DNA of 64,000 nt, from IMG/VR virus record IMGVR_UViG_3300042455_001086, positions 193,167 to 257,166 of that record. One strand, 5' to 3'. The notes under the pieces are model-generated. The model was not told the DNA's origin, searched no databases, and saw nothing but the letters and a program-made list of their open reading frames with translations. This document shows positions 10,833 through 22,900 of this stretch, in pieces. A program made the translations under genes and the position numbers. The first letter of the stretch is position 1. Every line of letters starts with the position of its first letter.

Positions 10833-11849
10833 TTAATTTTTTGTTTTGTTTCTAAAATTTGTTTTTTCTTTTCTTGATAGTTTTAAAAATGGTTTTAAAA
10901 AATTTACCCAAGCGTCATCACCTTTTGGTAGAAATTTAAAGAATCCGTCGTCCATCATCATTCTAATTAAGTTTCTATGTCCTCTTCCGTCTGGATCCAA
11001 CGATTCCGAGTAATATAACCTAACCAATTCTTTTCCTTCCACTGAAATTAGTGGGTTAGCTAAATCCACTAATTTTTCGTTGATTGTGAAAAACTCTTTT
11101 CCAAATATTCCCTCTTTGGTTTTTCCACTAAGTAAATTTTGTAAAGCAACATTTCCTTTTTGTTCCGAAAGTAATGTTTTTGCCTTTGTTAAAATATCGG
11201 TATATTTTAACTCCGTATCAAGTATCTCCGGAAAAAATTTTAGGAATGTTTTTTCACCCAAATAAAATATACCATCAATATTATCCGAACTATCACCAGT
11301 TAATATTTTGTAAGTTTTAACATTATAGTGTGGTATTTCGGATTCATAAATTTTAATCCCATCACCATTCTTATAATATCTTTTTTGTTGGGGTGAATAT
11401 ATACTTACCTTATCTGAAATAAGTTGTGTTAGATCTCTATCAGATGAAAATATTGTTTTTTCTTCATCTTCAGAAATTTGACAATAATAAGCTATTAAAT
11501 CGTCGGCCTCCGATTGTTCCACTTCCAATTGTCTAACAAACATTTCTTCAAGGTATTGTTTTACTCTGTTTTTTTGAGTAGTAAAAGATTGTTCTTTATA
11601 ATCATCATCAACCTTTTGTTTTCTATTTAATTTATACTTTGGGTATATAGTTCTTCTCTGTGATGATCCGGTTTCACTATCCCAACAAACAACAATTTTA
11701 TTGTAATTGTTTTCTTCTAAAAATTTTCTTAAAGTGTTTAGAAAATGCCAAGTTCCACCAACATGTTCTCCATTGTTAAAGAAGTCTCTAACACCATGCA
11801 CGCCTATCTTTAATAGGTTGTTACCATCGACCAATAAGGTTTTAGTCAT
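10833..11849 (-). CDS. 5'-3' exonuclease / flap endonuclease (PolI N-terminal, T4 RNase H-like)
   Basis: LLVDGNN, YKLNR, EADDLIA, SSDRDLTQL, GDSSDNIDGI; probable start MTKTLLVDG at 11849. Confidence 0.9.
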   Translation of the reverse strand: MTKTLLVDGNNLLKIGVHGVRDFFNNGEHVGGTWHFLNTLRKFLEENNYNKIVVCWDSETGSSQRRTIYPKYKLNRKQKVDDDYKEQSFTTQKNRVKQYLEEMFVRQLEVEQSEADDLIAYYCQISEDEEKTIFSSDRDLTQLISDKVSIYSPQQKRYYKNGDGIKIYESEIPHYNVKTYKILTGDSSDNIDGIFYLGEKTFLKFFPEILDTELKYTDILTKAKTLLSEQKGNVALQNLLSGKTKEGIFGKEFFTINEKLVDLANPLISVEGKELVRLYYSESLDPDGRGHRNLIRMMMDDGFFKFLPKGDDAWVNFLKPFLKLSRKEKTNFRNKTKN

Positions 11850-13926
11850 TAATTTCTTCGTTAAGTGGGTTTGACAATATTGGTTCTTCTTTTGTAATAT
11901 AGTCGGATAAAAACTCTGTAAATATAGCTTCCATAACAGGGACACAAATTGAGTTTCCGGCTAGTGCGACATGTGCTGTATTAGACAATGAGGTTGTAAG
12001 TAATAAATCAATATCTTGTTCTTTAACACCCATAAATCTATACCCTTCTCTTGCTGTAATAGTTCTCACTCTACCATCTTCTGTTAGAATTTGTGGTGAT
12101 CCACTTGTTGTTAAAGTTGGGGAACACCCATCAACAGAATAAATTCTTCTTGCCTGATCGTAGCTAATGTCATCTCTTCTACCGATTAATTTACAGATTG
12201 TGTGTTTTTTTGGTTGATGTGGTGTAAATTGACAATTAACAATCAGATTTGGATTAAAGTTTTCTTCAATGAACGGTCTCATAGGAATTCGTTCTTTTTT
12301 GTGATTATCCACATTCATCATTTTTTCTTTAACCTCATCAATACTACTATTAAGAACGGATACCATAAAAACTCTTTCTCTATTTTGGGGACATCCGAAA
12401 TCAGCACCATTCAATACTCTCCAGAAAGAACTATACCCAAGTCCTCTTAAAAAATAGATATGTTTTTGAAAATTATCAATGTGATTTTTTGATATTAGGT
12501 TTTTAACATTTTCCATCAAAAGATACTTTGGTCTATTGGTACTTAATAATCTTTCAACTTCAAATAGTAATCCACTCCTTGTACCTTCTTTAATTCCTTT
12601 TTGAATTCCAGAAATTGAAATGTCCTGACAATTATGGGCGATACAACCATTTGCTGTGAATGAATGGTCTTCATCTACTTCAATATCATAAACAAATTCA
12701 GTATTATTTGTATTAATAATACCTTTAATTGGTGTCCAAATAAAACCATTATCAAAAAAAGATTTTTTATTTTTACTTTGGTTTAAATCAAAAGCAATTG
12801 TGTAACTATCTCTTTGATTAACATATCTACCATCAATAATGTATTTATCTTTATTTTTTGTTTTATAAATAGAATAAGGTACATTATAACATTTTGCAAT
12901 ACATTGTCCAATACCATAAATTAATTCACGACTTACACTTATAATTCTTTGTCTTGTTGAATTTTGATAAAAGCTTCCATCCGCGGAAAAATAACCCTGG
13001 ATAAATGATGTCAAAAGATTTCTAGGTAAATCAAAAATTGTATTAGTCAATTTCTTACCGTGAGCATACTTCCCAAATTGTTGGACAAATAAACCAATTT
13101 CTTTTTTTGGTAAATGTATCTTATATGTTGATCCATCTCTAACAACTGTCGCATTAATTTTCAATCTTTCCAATCTTTCACTAATTTCTTGTAATTCAGA
13201 ATCATTTTTATTTGTACAACAAATTATTATACCTCCTTGGTGTCTCATCCAGCCATCACCAATATATCTTCCAATTAACCACCAAAAATCATTATTATCC
13301 ATATATTTTGATAATTCATTTTTGTGTCTAGTTTTTCTACCGTCACCCCATTTAAAATCAATCCCATCCCACTTTGGTATAATACTATTTTGATTTATTG
13401 CAACACCAAAATAATCATTACTTGTCAAGTCCTTACATTCTTTCCAATAAGGCTCTGTTAAATTATTTTTATCTCCATCAATTTTACTAACAACATAAAA
13501 TCTGTGGTTTTCAGTTGTTTTTAATTCGTCAAATATTGGTGATTTAACACTCCAAATTTCTTTTTTACCTTGATCAAATTTGTTTGTAACTTTTTTATAT
13601 GTGTTAGTATGTGTCAAAACCAAATCATCAATTTCAACATCAACAATATTTTTATACCCAGTATCTGTCAATACTAATGTATCTTTTGTAAAACAAGGAA
13701 ATGAATAGGTTAATAAATCACATTGTGGTAATGTGTTTTCATTAACCATTCTTATGTCACCAAGATTACCGTGAGTTGTTGTGTGTAACGCATTATAACA
13801 CTCATTCGCTTGTTTGAAATTATCACAGTTAGCAACACTTTCATAATCCACACCAATGTATTTAAGTGCCAACTCTTGGGTTCCGTATCCGGAAAATAAC
13901 GATACTACTTTTAATTTACTATTCAT
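11842..13926 (-). CDS. DNA (cytosine-5) methyltransferase containing an intein
   Basis: Motif I SLFSGYG, motif IV FP|CQ split by intein, ENV, PQNRERVF, C-terminal AGNSI. Confidence 0.9.
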   Translation of the reverse strand: MNSKLKVVSLFSGYGTQELALKYIGVDYESVANCDNFKQANECYNALHTTTHGNLGDIRMVNENTLPQCDLLTYSFPCFTKDTLVLTDTGYKNIVDVEIDDLVLTHTNTYKKVTNKFDQGKKEIWSVKSPIFDELKTTENHRFYVVSKIDGDKNNLTEPYWKECKDLTSNDYFGVAINQNSIIPKWDGIDFKWGDGRKTRHKNELSKYMDNNDFWWLIGRYIGDGWMRHQGGIIICCTNKNDSELQEISERLERLKINATVVRDGSTYKIHLPKKEIGLFVQQFGKYAHGKKLTNTIFDLPRNLLTSFIQGYFSADGSFYQNSTRQRIISVSRELIYGIGQCIAKCYNVPYSIYKTKNKDKYIIDGRYVNQRDSYTIAFDLNQSKNKKSFFDNGFIWTPIKGIINTNNTEFVYDIEVDEDHSFTANGCIAHNCQDISISGIQKGIKEGTRSGLLFEVERLLSTNRPKYLLMENVKNLISKNHIDNFQKHIYFLRGLGYSSFWRVLNGADFGCPQNRERVFMVSVLNSSIDEVKEKMMNVDNHKKERIPMRPFIEENFNPNLIVNCQFTPHQPKKHTICKLIGRRDDISYDQARRIYSVDGCSPTLTTSGSPQILTEDGRVRTITAREGYRFMGVKEQDIDLLLTTSLSNTAHVALAGNSICVPVMEAIFTEFLSDYITKEEPILSNPLNEEIND
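12631..13695 (-). mobile_element. 355-aa intein with LAGLIDADG homing endonuclease
   Basis: Starts CFTKDTLV, block B TTENHRFY, LIGRYIGDG and FIQGYFSADG motifs, ends VYDIEVDEDHSFTANGCIAHN followed by Cys. Confidence 0.9.
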
Positions 13927-13955
13927 TTGTTTTTTTTTATAAAAATATAAATTTT

Positions 13956-14945
13956 TTACTCATCATCAAAATCGTCTGATACACTTTCAGTTAATGAAAA
14001 GTCATTACCACCCATTTTTACTGTCCAATAATCTGAAAACTCTTTTTTATATGTATCTAATGATTCTTTTGTGTCAGATATGTATCCGTTATGAACCGTA
14101 ATAATCTTACCATCTTTAAACCCAAGACCATTTATGTGATTTTTTAGTATTGATATTTTTGTTCGTATTGCAAATGATATTTTTCTACCATTTTTTGTTG
14201 CGTCAATATGACTAATTCCAGATTTTTTCTGATTACCAAAAAGGAATATTAAACTACTAGCCAACCAAATTGCTTCACCACCCTTACTTTTAATTTCAGG
14301 CTGACCGAATGGGTTGTCTGGAAGGAGAACCCAAGGTTGATTAACCACGACCAATGTGTTATAATATGGGTAATCTTCTTTTTTTGATTTTGAAATTCTT
14401 GAGTGTAGTCCCATACCGACTTTATCTGCTAATACTTTTGCTGTGTGCATTCCGCCACCCTTACCCTCGTATGTCATTTGACATGGTATGGATCCAATTG
14501 AATCGAAACAAAACACAATACTATAGGGAATGTCTCCTTTTTCTTGAGCGTCAAGAATTTCATTCATAAAATCAGTAGCTTGTTCTAAATAATCAAATGA
14601 ATCATTAAATATAAACATCCCTTCCCATTCACCATCTGCATTTTTTTCCGCCTGTAATCCTAACTCAACTGCGTGGTCCCAATTCCACTTTTTTTCCGTA
14701 ATTATAAAAACTGGTAAATGTCCTTTTCTTTGGGCGTCAGCGGCCGTCAAAATCATTGCTGTTGTTTTTCCAGCGTTACTATGACCCAAAAGCATCGAAA
14801 TCCCACCCATTACAGGTCCTGGTAACCCACACGCTTCCATAAATGCTTCACCACAATTATAAAACGCTTCTGGTTTATATTTTGTTTTACTTGAGAACTT
14901 CGCTTTGATGTCCTCAAACTTAAATTCTTTTTTTCTTATTGCCAT
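13956..14945 (-). CDS. recA: RecA/UvsX-like recombinase
   Basis: Walker A GHSNAGKTT, FDSIGS, VVVNQ, KGGEA, KNHI; probable start MAIRKK at 14945. Confidence 0.8.
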   Translation of the reverse strand: MAIRKKEFKFEDIKAKFSSKTKYKPEAFYNCGEAFMEACGLPGPVMGGISMLLGHSNAGKTTAMILTAADAQRKGHLPVFIITEKKWNWDHAVELGLQAEKNADGEWEGMFIFNDSFDYLEQATDFMNEILDAQEKGDIPYSIVFCFDSIGSIPCQMTYEGKGGGMHTAKVLADKVGMGLHSRISKSKKEDYPYYNTLVVVNQPWVLLPDNPFGQPEIKSKGGEAIWLASSLIFLFGNQKKSGISHIDATKNGRKISFAIRTKISILKNHINGLGFKDGKIITVHNGYISDTKESLDTYKKEFSDYWTVKMGGNDFSLTESVSDDFDDE

Positions 14946-14970
14946 AAAATCTTTTTTTAAAAATATAAGA

Positions 14971-15007
14971 AAATATGGGTGCATTGTATATAAACACACC
15001 CATATTT
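14971..15007. terminator. Intergenic hairpin (terminator or processing site) between SSB and recombinase genes
   Basis: AAATATGGGTG ... CACCCATATTT perfect 11-bp inverted repeat. Confidence 0.55.
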
Positions 15008-15018
15008 ATTTTTAATAT

Positions 15019-15885
15019 TTAGAATGGTAATTCCTCGTCGATGTCGTCATCAGCTTGTGGGTCAAGAACTTTAACTTCTTCTTTAGTTTTTGAACCTCCA
15101 ATAGTTACTTCACTTTCTTCGGTATTTGAGAAAATATACTTTCCTGCGTCAGAATCCCATCTTGGTGTTTCACCACGAGCAATTGCTTCAAGGTATTCTG
15201 TTGGTTTTTTAGAATAAACATCTTCCCAGGTTAGTTCATCTTCAATCCAACTTGTCATTGTTTCATCATCTTCGTGAACCGGAGATGGATCATCATACAT
15301 AACCGTTTGGATTACGGTGTAGAACGCACCTTTTGGTGTTTTTGCCTTTGTTAATTCAAGGATAAGGTCTCTTCCTTTTTCAGCGTCAGCAACATCACCT
15401 TTTGCTTTGTAAATTGGAATGATTTTATCAAAAATTCCTTCTTGCTTGTAATTGTGTTTAAATCTCCAGAATTTAGGGCCATCTTGTTCGTTGTCACGAT
15501 CAATTACTTTAACAATATAAAACTTACGAGGTTTGTATTGTTTTGCAAGTTCTTTGTCTGATTCTTTACCAGTTGACATAAGAACATCATAAACTTCACT
15601 CAATGGTGAACGCTCATTGTCATTTTTTGCTGGGTCATAAAACTTCTGCCATTTACCATCAACCAAGATTTCGTGAAACCATACTTCTTTGAATGGTGAA
15701 GATCCGTCTGGTGTAGGAAGGATTCGGATTCTTTTTTGTGCTTGCTTTTCGTTGTCTTTAAGTATCGCAGCAAAATACTTTTTCATTCTTTCTTCTTGAG
15801 ACATCTTTGCAGTGGAAGAAGAACCACTTTGTTTTGAGCTTTCATACTGAGCCAAAACCGCATCTAAAACATTGTTTGTCGCCAT
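15019..15885 (-). CDS. Single-stranded DNA-binding protein (T4 gp32-like)
   Basis: RIRILP, VWFH, GRDLIL, acidic tail DDDIDEELPF; sits next to recombinase. Confidence 0.8.
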   Translation of the reverse strand: MATNNVLDAVLAQYESSKQSGSSSTAKMSQEERMKKYFAAILKDNEKQAQKRIRILPTPDGSSPFKEVWFHEILVDGKWQKFYDPAKNDNERSPLSEVYDVLMSTGKESDKELAKQYKPRKFYIVKVIDRDNEQDGPKFWRFKHNYKQEGIFDKIIPIYKAKGDVADAEKGRDLILELTKAKTPKGAFYTVIQTVMYDDPSPVHEDDETMTSWIEDELTWEDVYSKKPTEYLEAIARGETPRWDSDAGKYIFSNTEESEVTIGGSKTKEEVKVLDPQADDDIDEELPF

Positions 15886-15957
15886 ATATATTATTTATTA
15901 AAGTTTTATAATAGAAAGTATAATTAAAATTTGTGTCGCAGTCAATAAGTTAAAATT

Positions 15958-15990
15958 AAAAAAATGAGAGGGACTTAAATGTCCCTCTCA
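15958..15990 (-). terminator. Rho-independent terminator at end of tail/baseplate operon
   Basis: TGAGAGGGAC-6nt-GTCCCTCTCA perfect 10-bp stem plus T run on minus strand. Confidence 0.8.
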
Positions 15991-15995
15991 AAATA

Positions 15996-16682
15996 TCACA
16001 TCATATCTTTTTCGTCTTGATCGTATTCTTCAAAAGAATCTTCAATCTCATTTGAAGAATATTGTTTAACATCGTCAACTGTTAATTCGTATTCTTTTCC
16101 GGTTTTTTCAAATTCTTGTTCTTTATCTGTAAAAAAATCAGACAACTTTTGATTAAATGGTCCTGAATCTAAAGTTCTCAATTCTAACTTTTCTTTATTT
16201 GTTTTAGGTCTCATTTTTTCAATTTTAGTTTCTAAACCATCAATCTTTGTGACCAATTGATCCATTTCTGATAATTTATCTTCTAATGATTTTAGTTGGC
16301 CAAATAATTGGTCAAAATATTCATCTTGTTTATCTTTAATTGAGTTCTGTGTATCAACAAGATCTGTTATTTCTAATTCTTCTTTTTCTGATTTTCCTTC
16401 ATCATCTACAACTTCAACCTCATCATCAGCTTCAACATCAACTGGAGCCGCTGGTGCTGGTGGTATCGTAGCCGCTGGGTCTGCTGGTGCTACTGCTGGA
16501 TCTACTGGAGCTGCAGTTGGGTCTGCTGGTGCTGCCATAGGATCTACTGGGGCTGCCATAGGGTCTGCTGGTGGTGCTCCCGCTGCCGCCGGATCTGCCA
16601 TAGGATCTTCTTGTTCAACAATATATTGATTGATTTTTTTAAATCTTTTAATTTCTTCTAATATTTTAGTATCAATACCCAT
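15996..16682 (-). CDS. Acidic coiled-coil protein with Pro/Ala/Asp repeats (possible head scaffold/internal protein)
   Basis: PADPMAA/PVDP repeats, acidic stretch, heptad coiled coil. Confidence 0.6.
   Translation of the reverse strand: MGIDTKILEEIKRFKKINQYIVEQEDPMADPAAAGAPPADPMAAPVDPMAAPADPTAAPVDPAVAPADPAATIPPAPAAPVDVEADDEVEVVDDEGKSEKEELEITDLVDTQNSIKDKQDEYFDQLFGQLKSLEDKLSEMDQLVTKIDGLETKIEKMRPKTNKEKLELRTLDSGPFNQKLSDFFTDKEQEFEKTGKEYELTVDDVKQYSSNEIEDSFEEYDQDEKDMM
16441..16610 (-). repeat. Degenerate 21-bp coding tandem repeat (A-A-P-[AV]-D-P-x)
   Basis: Repeated gg[ag]tct[ag]ctgg units at about 21-bp spacing. Confidence 0.75.
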
Positions 16683-16684
16683 TT

Positions 16685-16912
16685 CTATCCGTTTAATAAT
16701 GTTTTTATTCCTGTAGTTGTTTCAACTTGGATTTTTTTATTTGTTCTCATTGTATTATCAACTCTTTCAATAAGACCATCTTTTTCTTTAACGACATAAC
16801 AATCTCCAGTATCTAAATCACATACTTGTTTCATTCCGTTACCCAATTCTTTTTCTGACATTCTGGTATTTTTACCCAAATAATTGTCTAATATTAATTT
16901 AGTATTATTCAT
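16685..16912 (-). CDS. Hypothetical protein
   Basis: 75-aa ORF with TATTTAT motif upstream and tight coupling to the next gene. Confidence 0.7.
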   Translation of the reverse strand: MNNTKLILDNYLGKNTRMSEKELGNGMKQVCDLDTGDCYVVKEKDGLIERVDNTMRTNKKIQVETTTGIKTLLNG

Positions 16913-16953
16913 ATTTTTTTTATTATAAATATCTTATATTTTAAAAAAAACTA

Positions 16954-19900
16954 TTAACTATTCACTGAATTAAATAAATCATTAGCTTTTTCTAACGCAT
17001 TTTCCAATTTTTTCTTATCTTGTTCGGTTAATTTGTCATAGACATTACCATTTCTAATTACAGGCCAAGAAGAAACATAAATTTTAATTATGTTTTGTGG
17101 TGATTTATCGCTCAAAAAACTCTTTAATATAGCTGGTGATTTTGATATTACAAAATCAAGATATTTTGCCGTAGAAGTAAATTTTACCATTGGTATATCT
17201 TTAATTGTTCCTCTATTCACACAATAATAATTTTTATCAACAAATGAAATAAATTCAGGACCATAGGTTTGATCTAATGAAACTGAAGAAAAATTATTAT
17301 CATAAGCTTTAAAATTATTTCCACTACCAGAATCCATATGAATTAAAATAAATAACAATTGTCTTAAACGAACTTCTTCTTCTGATTGTGCTTTATAACC
17401 ATTAGCCCTTACTTTATCTCGCAATAAGACATTAAATTCTTTTGCTGCTATTGTTATTAAACTTGGATTTGCGACATTTGTAAATCCTTGGTAATTAGGG
17501 TTTAGTTTTGAAGAGCAATTTTGATTTGTTGTTAGTGTGTCTTTTTCAGAAACGGTGGAAATAACATTGTTTAATTGTGTAATTACATTTCCACTTGATG
17601 ATGTTTGAGCAATTTCTTTTTTCTGTAACTGATCTTTCAATTTATCAATTATTTTAAAACTTAACGCCTGAATAAAATTATCTACTTTTGGTAAATCATA
17701 GAACGGTTGTCTTGTCCCTGTGATACTTGTTTTAAAATCACCCTCACTTATACTATGTGATATTTTTGTAATCATATATGGTCCACTAAACATCGGAACA
17801 TTTCTTAAATTAAAATACATCATTGGTTGCATTAAAGCATTACCCATCATATCAAGTGTGCATTCATAACTTCTATTTTTATATATATTGTATAGTGATA
17901 CACTTTGGGAACCAGTTCCTCTATTTCTACTAGAGTTCGCCATTTGGTTTATCATTTCGAGTGATTCCGCTGTTGGTTTTCCAACACTTTGTTGTAAATT
18001 GATTTGATAAAATATCTGTTGATTTTGATTACTAAAATCAACATTGAAACCACAAACCTTATTTGATTTATCCCAATTTGTCTTATTTAATTGATTTTCA
18101 AGTAATGGATTGTCACTAGCTCTCCTTAAATCAAATGCGTCGTCTCTAAATTTATAATCCGCATTATCATTCATCGCAAGGTGATTACTTGGGACACTTT
18201 TATAATAACACAAATATTTTGGTGATGTATTTCGATAATCAACATTTAAGAATGTTCCCCACATTGAGCTTGCAAATTCTGTGGTTCCTTCTGGTTGTGG
18301 AACTGGATTTTTGACAACTTCTTGTGCATTATAAAAATTACTATAAGCGGGAAGTGGGAAGAAACCAAAATTATTATCAACTAAAATTGTTTTAATCAAA
18401 TTTTCCATTTTATTGTTTGGTAATGATGTTTCTATCAAATCTTTAATTTTAAAAATATCACAAAGAACTTTCTGTCCAACATCTCTACAAGCCCTATCAA
18501 ATAATAGAATGTCCTCAAACAATGTTTTTGTTTTAAGGTCAAGACCAGAAATCCAAGTATCATTTAATGATTTGAAAGAATCCCATAGTTCATCCCTACT
18601 TTGATCACCAACTAATGGCGCTTTTTGATCTGGATTTTGTTTTACAATTGAAACATCTGGTAATTCATTTCGTATTCCAGTCATTAAATCATTTATCACA
18701 TTTGTGAGATACAACTCACAAGTATCTATATATGTGTTCATAAGTGTAAAAAACTTTGACACATTCATTGTTGGATCTAATAATTTTTGTGTCGCATATA
18801 ATTTAATTATTGGTGCAAAATCTTTTACATTTTTTTGTGAAAACTGAACATTCATATCAACAAAGAAATCTGTTATATATGAACCATTATCACTATATTT
18901 TAATTCTGGTATTTCAGAAAAACCAACATAATACTCTAAATCTTTCCAAGTTTCTGGATATGCCGCTTTTGATTGTGCTAAAGTAACTGTTCCTCCGGAT
19001 GTTGGTAAAAACCCTGCCATACTTTGGTTATATCCTTGATATGATATTGGTTCTTCAATAAATTTTGTTGAAAATGTATAAAATAATCTTTTATCAAACA
19101 TCGTTGGGTTTCCAAATCTAAACACCGTGTCATAAGTCATTAAACTATTAAATAATGATTGAAAATTTAAATTTTGTTTTGTTATAACCTCATCAATTAA
19201 CCCTTCGGTCCCAATTGAAGTTGGTTTTTCAATCTTCATTAATAACCTCATAAAATACTGAAAGTTTTTTATTGCTATTTCAGTTTCAGTTTCTTCACCT
19301 TCTTCAGCGGCAATTACTGTTTTGTAATCATATATTGATCTACTATAATTTAAAAACTCCTCTTCAAACGCATCTAAAACTTTTGTTTCAAATGTTGTAA
19401 AAATTTCAGATATTTTAGTGTATTTTGATTTATCTCCACTTATTGAGAAATTTTCTTGTATTTTTTTATCATTAAAAATTTGTTTCAAATATGAGTCTGG
19501 GTCTGGTATTTGTAATTTACCATTATCAAAATATCCGTAATTTGGCGCACCCCAGAACATTCTAGCGGAACCATTAAATACCGCAGTGTTTCCGGTGATT
19601 TCTAGTTTTAAACTTCCATTTTTGAAACACTCATCCCCAACTTGATTTTTTACATTACCAAAAGATGGTAATACATAATATTTATCTTCGTTTGTGAATT
19701 TTGATAATACAGACCAAGGTGTTAGGTTTAAATTTCTATTTGGGTTATTTGGGTCAAAACCAGTTGTCTTTATAATTTTAGAATTTATGTTTGTTGTTAA
19801 TACCAATTTTTTATTATCAATTAAAGTTTGGACTTCAGCTTGACCATACCCAGATGTTTGTGAGTTGGTTACAAAAAAATCGGCAGGTGTTGACACAAAA

Positions 19901-22900
19901 AATGTTGCACCAGAATAATTTTGTGGTGTATCTATTGTATAAACCAAATTAGGGTTTGAGCTTCCGGTTATTTTAGAAACTATTTTAGTCCCTGGTATGA
20001 TATTAGGGCCTGCAATTGTTGCATTAACATCTAATGTTCCACCAGTTATAAAAGTAAGTTCAAGTGTTGTTCCAGATATATTACAAGTTCCGTTTATTTT
20101 ATCTAAATTTTGAGATGGTGTGATTTGATAAATCCCAGGTCCCCCGGTTGCACCACTTAATTGTGATACAATTGTTGTATCTAAATCTATACTAGGGCCA
20201 GATAGTTTATATCCGGGGGTTAATGTATTGTCATTTACCGTATATACAACCATTGTATTATTAAACACATCACAGGTTCCGTTTAATTGTGTAGATCCAC
20301 TAAACAATTTTAAACCTTGTAAAAATACATTCATATCATCAATAAGTTTTGGATAAAACCCTGTATTAACATATGTTGTGTATGCTCCAGTTCCAAAATT
20401 TTGACTTAAAACAATATTTCGTTGTGTCCCATCAATACTTAAATTGTATGTTTTTGTTGTTGCAGAATTTACCGGATCATAATTTGATAAATAATTAAAA
20501 TCTTTCCAAGAATTATCCAATATGTCTTTTCCTTCTCTATTCCAAGTTTTATATCTGTGCCAAATTGACCCATATTTTAATATCCAAACATAAGGTAATT
20601 TATGAACCCCACCAAACTTTTTAAGTGTTGATACAATATAATCCAAATCTTCGGAAGCGTCCTTTGTTTTAAATCTTTCTCTCAATGTCGCAATTGGTAA
20701 GCTATTAATAAAAAGATATGCTGCCGCCTTATATGGACTTAAATCATTTGACTTATATCTAAAGTTAAACACACCATTTTGTATTGCATTTATAAAATAT
20801 GGTGTATTCATTATTGATGTTGTTTGATTTTCACTCAAATAACCATTATATCCTGAATAATTTATATTCCCTTCGGTTATGAACTGATTTTCAAATTTTC
20901 TATTATTATAAAATTCTTTAAGGTTTGAATTTATCGTTTGATTAAAAATGTCTGGGGTATAATTAAAATTTGTAATAGGTCTTTTTGTATCTGTCGTATC
21001 ATCACTTTTAAAGTTTGTAATTGTTTTTTGTATTGTATTATAGTGTAGTATTTTATTTGTATTAAAAATCTCATTAACACCATTTATTCCATTACCATTT
21101 GCCAAATAATTTTTACACCAATCAAGATTTGTAATTGGATACATATCCGTAAAATCAAACTGATTACTATATGTTTTAACCTGAATATAGTCTTCAATTT
21201 TACTTTGTTGTGTTGCTGAAACATTTGGTTGTGATGATGGACTTAACAATATGTTTTTGTTAAATAACTGAAATGGTGTGTTTGTTTTATTTTTTATGTA
21301 TGGTGTAACAAATTCACCTCGTATAAATTTTTGCCAACTTTCTCCTTCACCTTGATTTGAAATGTGTCTTAAAAATGTCTGATAATTATTTCCATCAATT
21401 AGATATTGTTTTAATTTTTTAATTAAAAATGGATTATCGCTACCCAATGCCTTCAAAGCATTTATTTTTTCATTTTCAGATTCTACCAAATAAACGCTTG
21501 ATTGATAACCATCAACTCTACTTAATTTAGAAAAGAATGTATTAACCATAACCCTTTCATAAATTTCATAATAAAATTTTACTTCTTCTTTGTTTTGGAA
21601 AACTTCATTAGATACAGGGAAATCAATAGCATTTAAACTCAATCTCAAAGGTTGTTGTTCTGAATTATTTGAATCACCCAAATCTGGTTCTGGTGCTTCC
21701 CTTTCAATAAAACCTTTAATATATTCTTCAACAAATTCAACCTCCGGCCATAATTCCGGAATATACGCTTTTGTAATTGATGATAGTTTTGGATCACCTG
21801 GATATTTTAATGCAAACTTTTCTTGTGAATCATCACCTTGATTTTCCAAAATAATTTGTGGCCAAGGATAAATTGGTTCTGTTGCTTGTTGTGCGTTTTT
21901 AACATCAACACTTTGTGCTGTTGTTGTTCCAAATACGGAAGCTCTCCTATATGGATCATCTCTTACTTCCCATGCGGCATTATGAACATCATCCATTAAT
22001 CTTAAAAATGCTTCACCTTGAGCAAAGAAAACGGCAAGTATGTTTCTAACGGTTGGTTTAAAACCAATACCACTATCTTTTCTAGCTAATTGTTCAGCTA
22101 AATTATCTGTAATTTGTTTTTCAATTTCAGTTCTTAAAGTTGTAACTTCTTTAGCCGCTTGGTTACAAATATCGTTAAATGTTCCTTTTCCATCAAAAAC
22201 AAAATATTGACTTGTTGGTATTTCAAGTGATTTGGCAAGTGCAAATTCTTGAACTAAAGTTCCACCAGTTGTCGTTTTACCATAAGCCTCATTAAACGAT
22301 TTAGTAAAATCAACATCATTAACGGTTATTGTTTTGTAAAATTTATCTATTGTAACATTCACCGGAACCTGACTTTTTGTTTGTTTTCCCCCAACAGTAT
22401 AACTTCCGTTTTTACCAGCAACACTATTTGATTCTAGTCTTTTTGTAAAATCTTTTATTATACCATCCAATTCTGTTATTGCATCAGTTTTTTTCTGAGC
22501 TGTATCATAATCTTTTTTGAATGTGAAAACTTTTGTATTATCGGTTAATACTAATGGAAATTTGAAATCCATATATGTTCTATACCAAGAACTACCATCA
22601 AAGAATACTTTCTTTTGGAATTCTGTAAGTAATGTTTGAAAATTTTCAAGTTCGGTTAATGATCCTAGATTTTCTTTTGTAAATTTTTCTAAAATATCTT
22701 TTATAAAAGTATCTAACTTACTTTTAAGTTGAAACAAACTGTATTCTGGAAAATCATCATCAATTAAACCTTTTGATTTATATTCCGAATATAATTCTTT
22801 CATTTTTTGATACCCTCTTGATACAGCAACTGGTTTTACATTATCAGAAGCTTGTTTTGATACACCATTTGTTGGTGTTGGACTACCTTGTGATACTTGT

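Noticed and set aside
11850-11945. Extended N-termini in the ORF track (exonuclease, recombinase, endonuclease 3, gp15-like)
   Set aside because: They overlap upstream genes or terminators; downstream ATGs match domain starts better
16441-16610. 21-bp GC-rich repeats as origin iterons
   Set aside because: In-frame, with third-position variation; explained by the PADP peptide repeat
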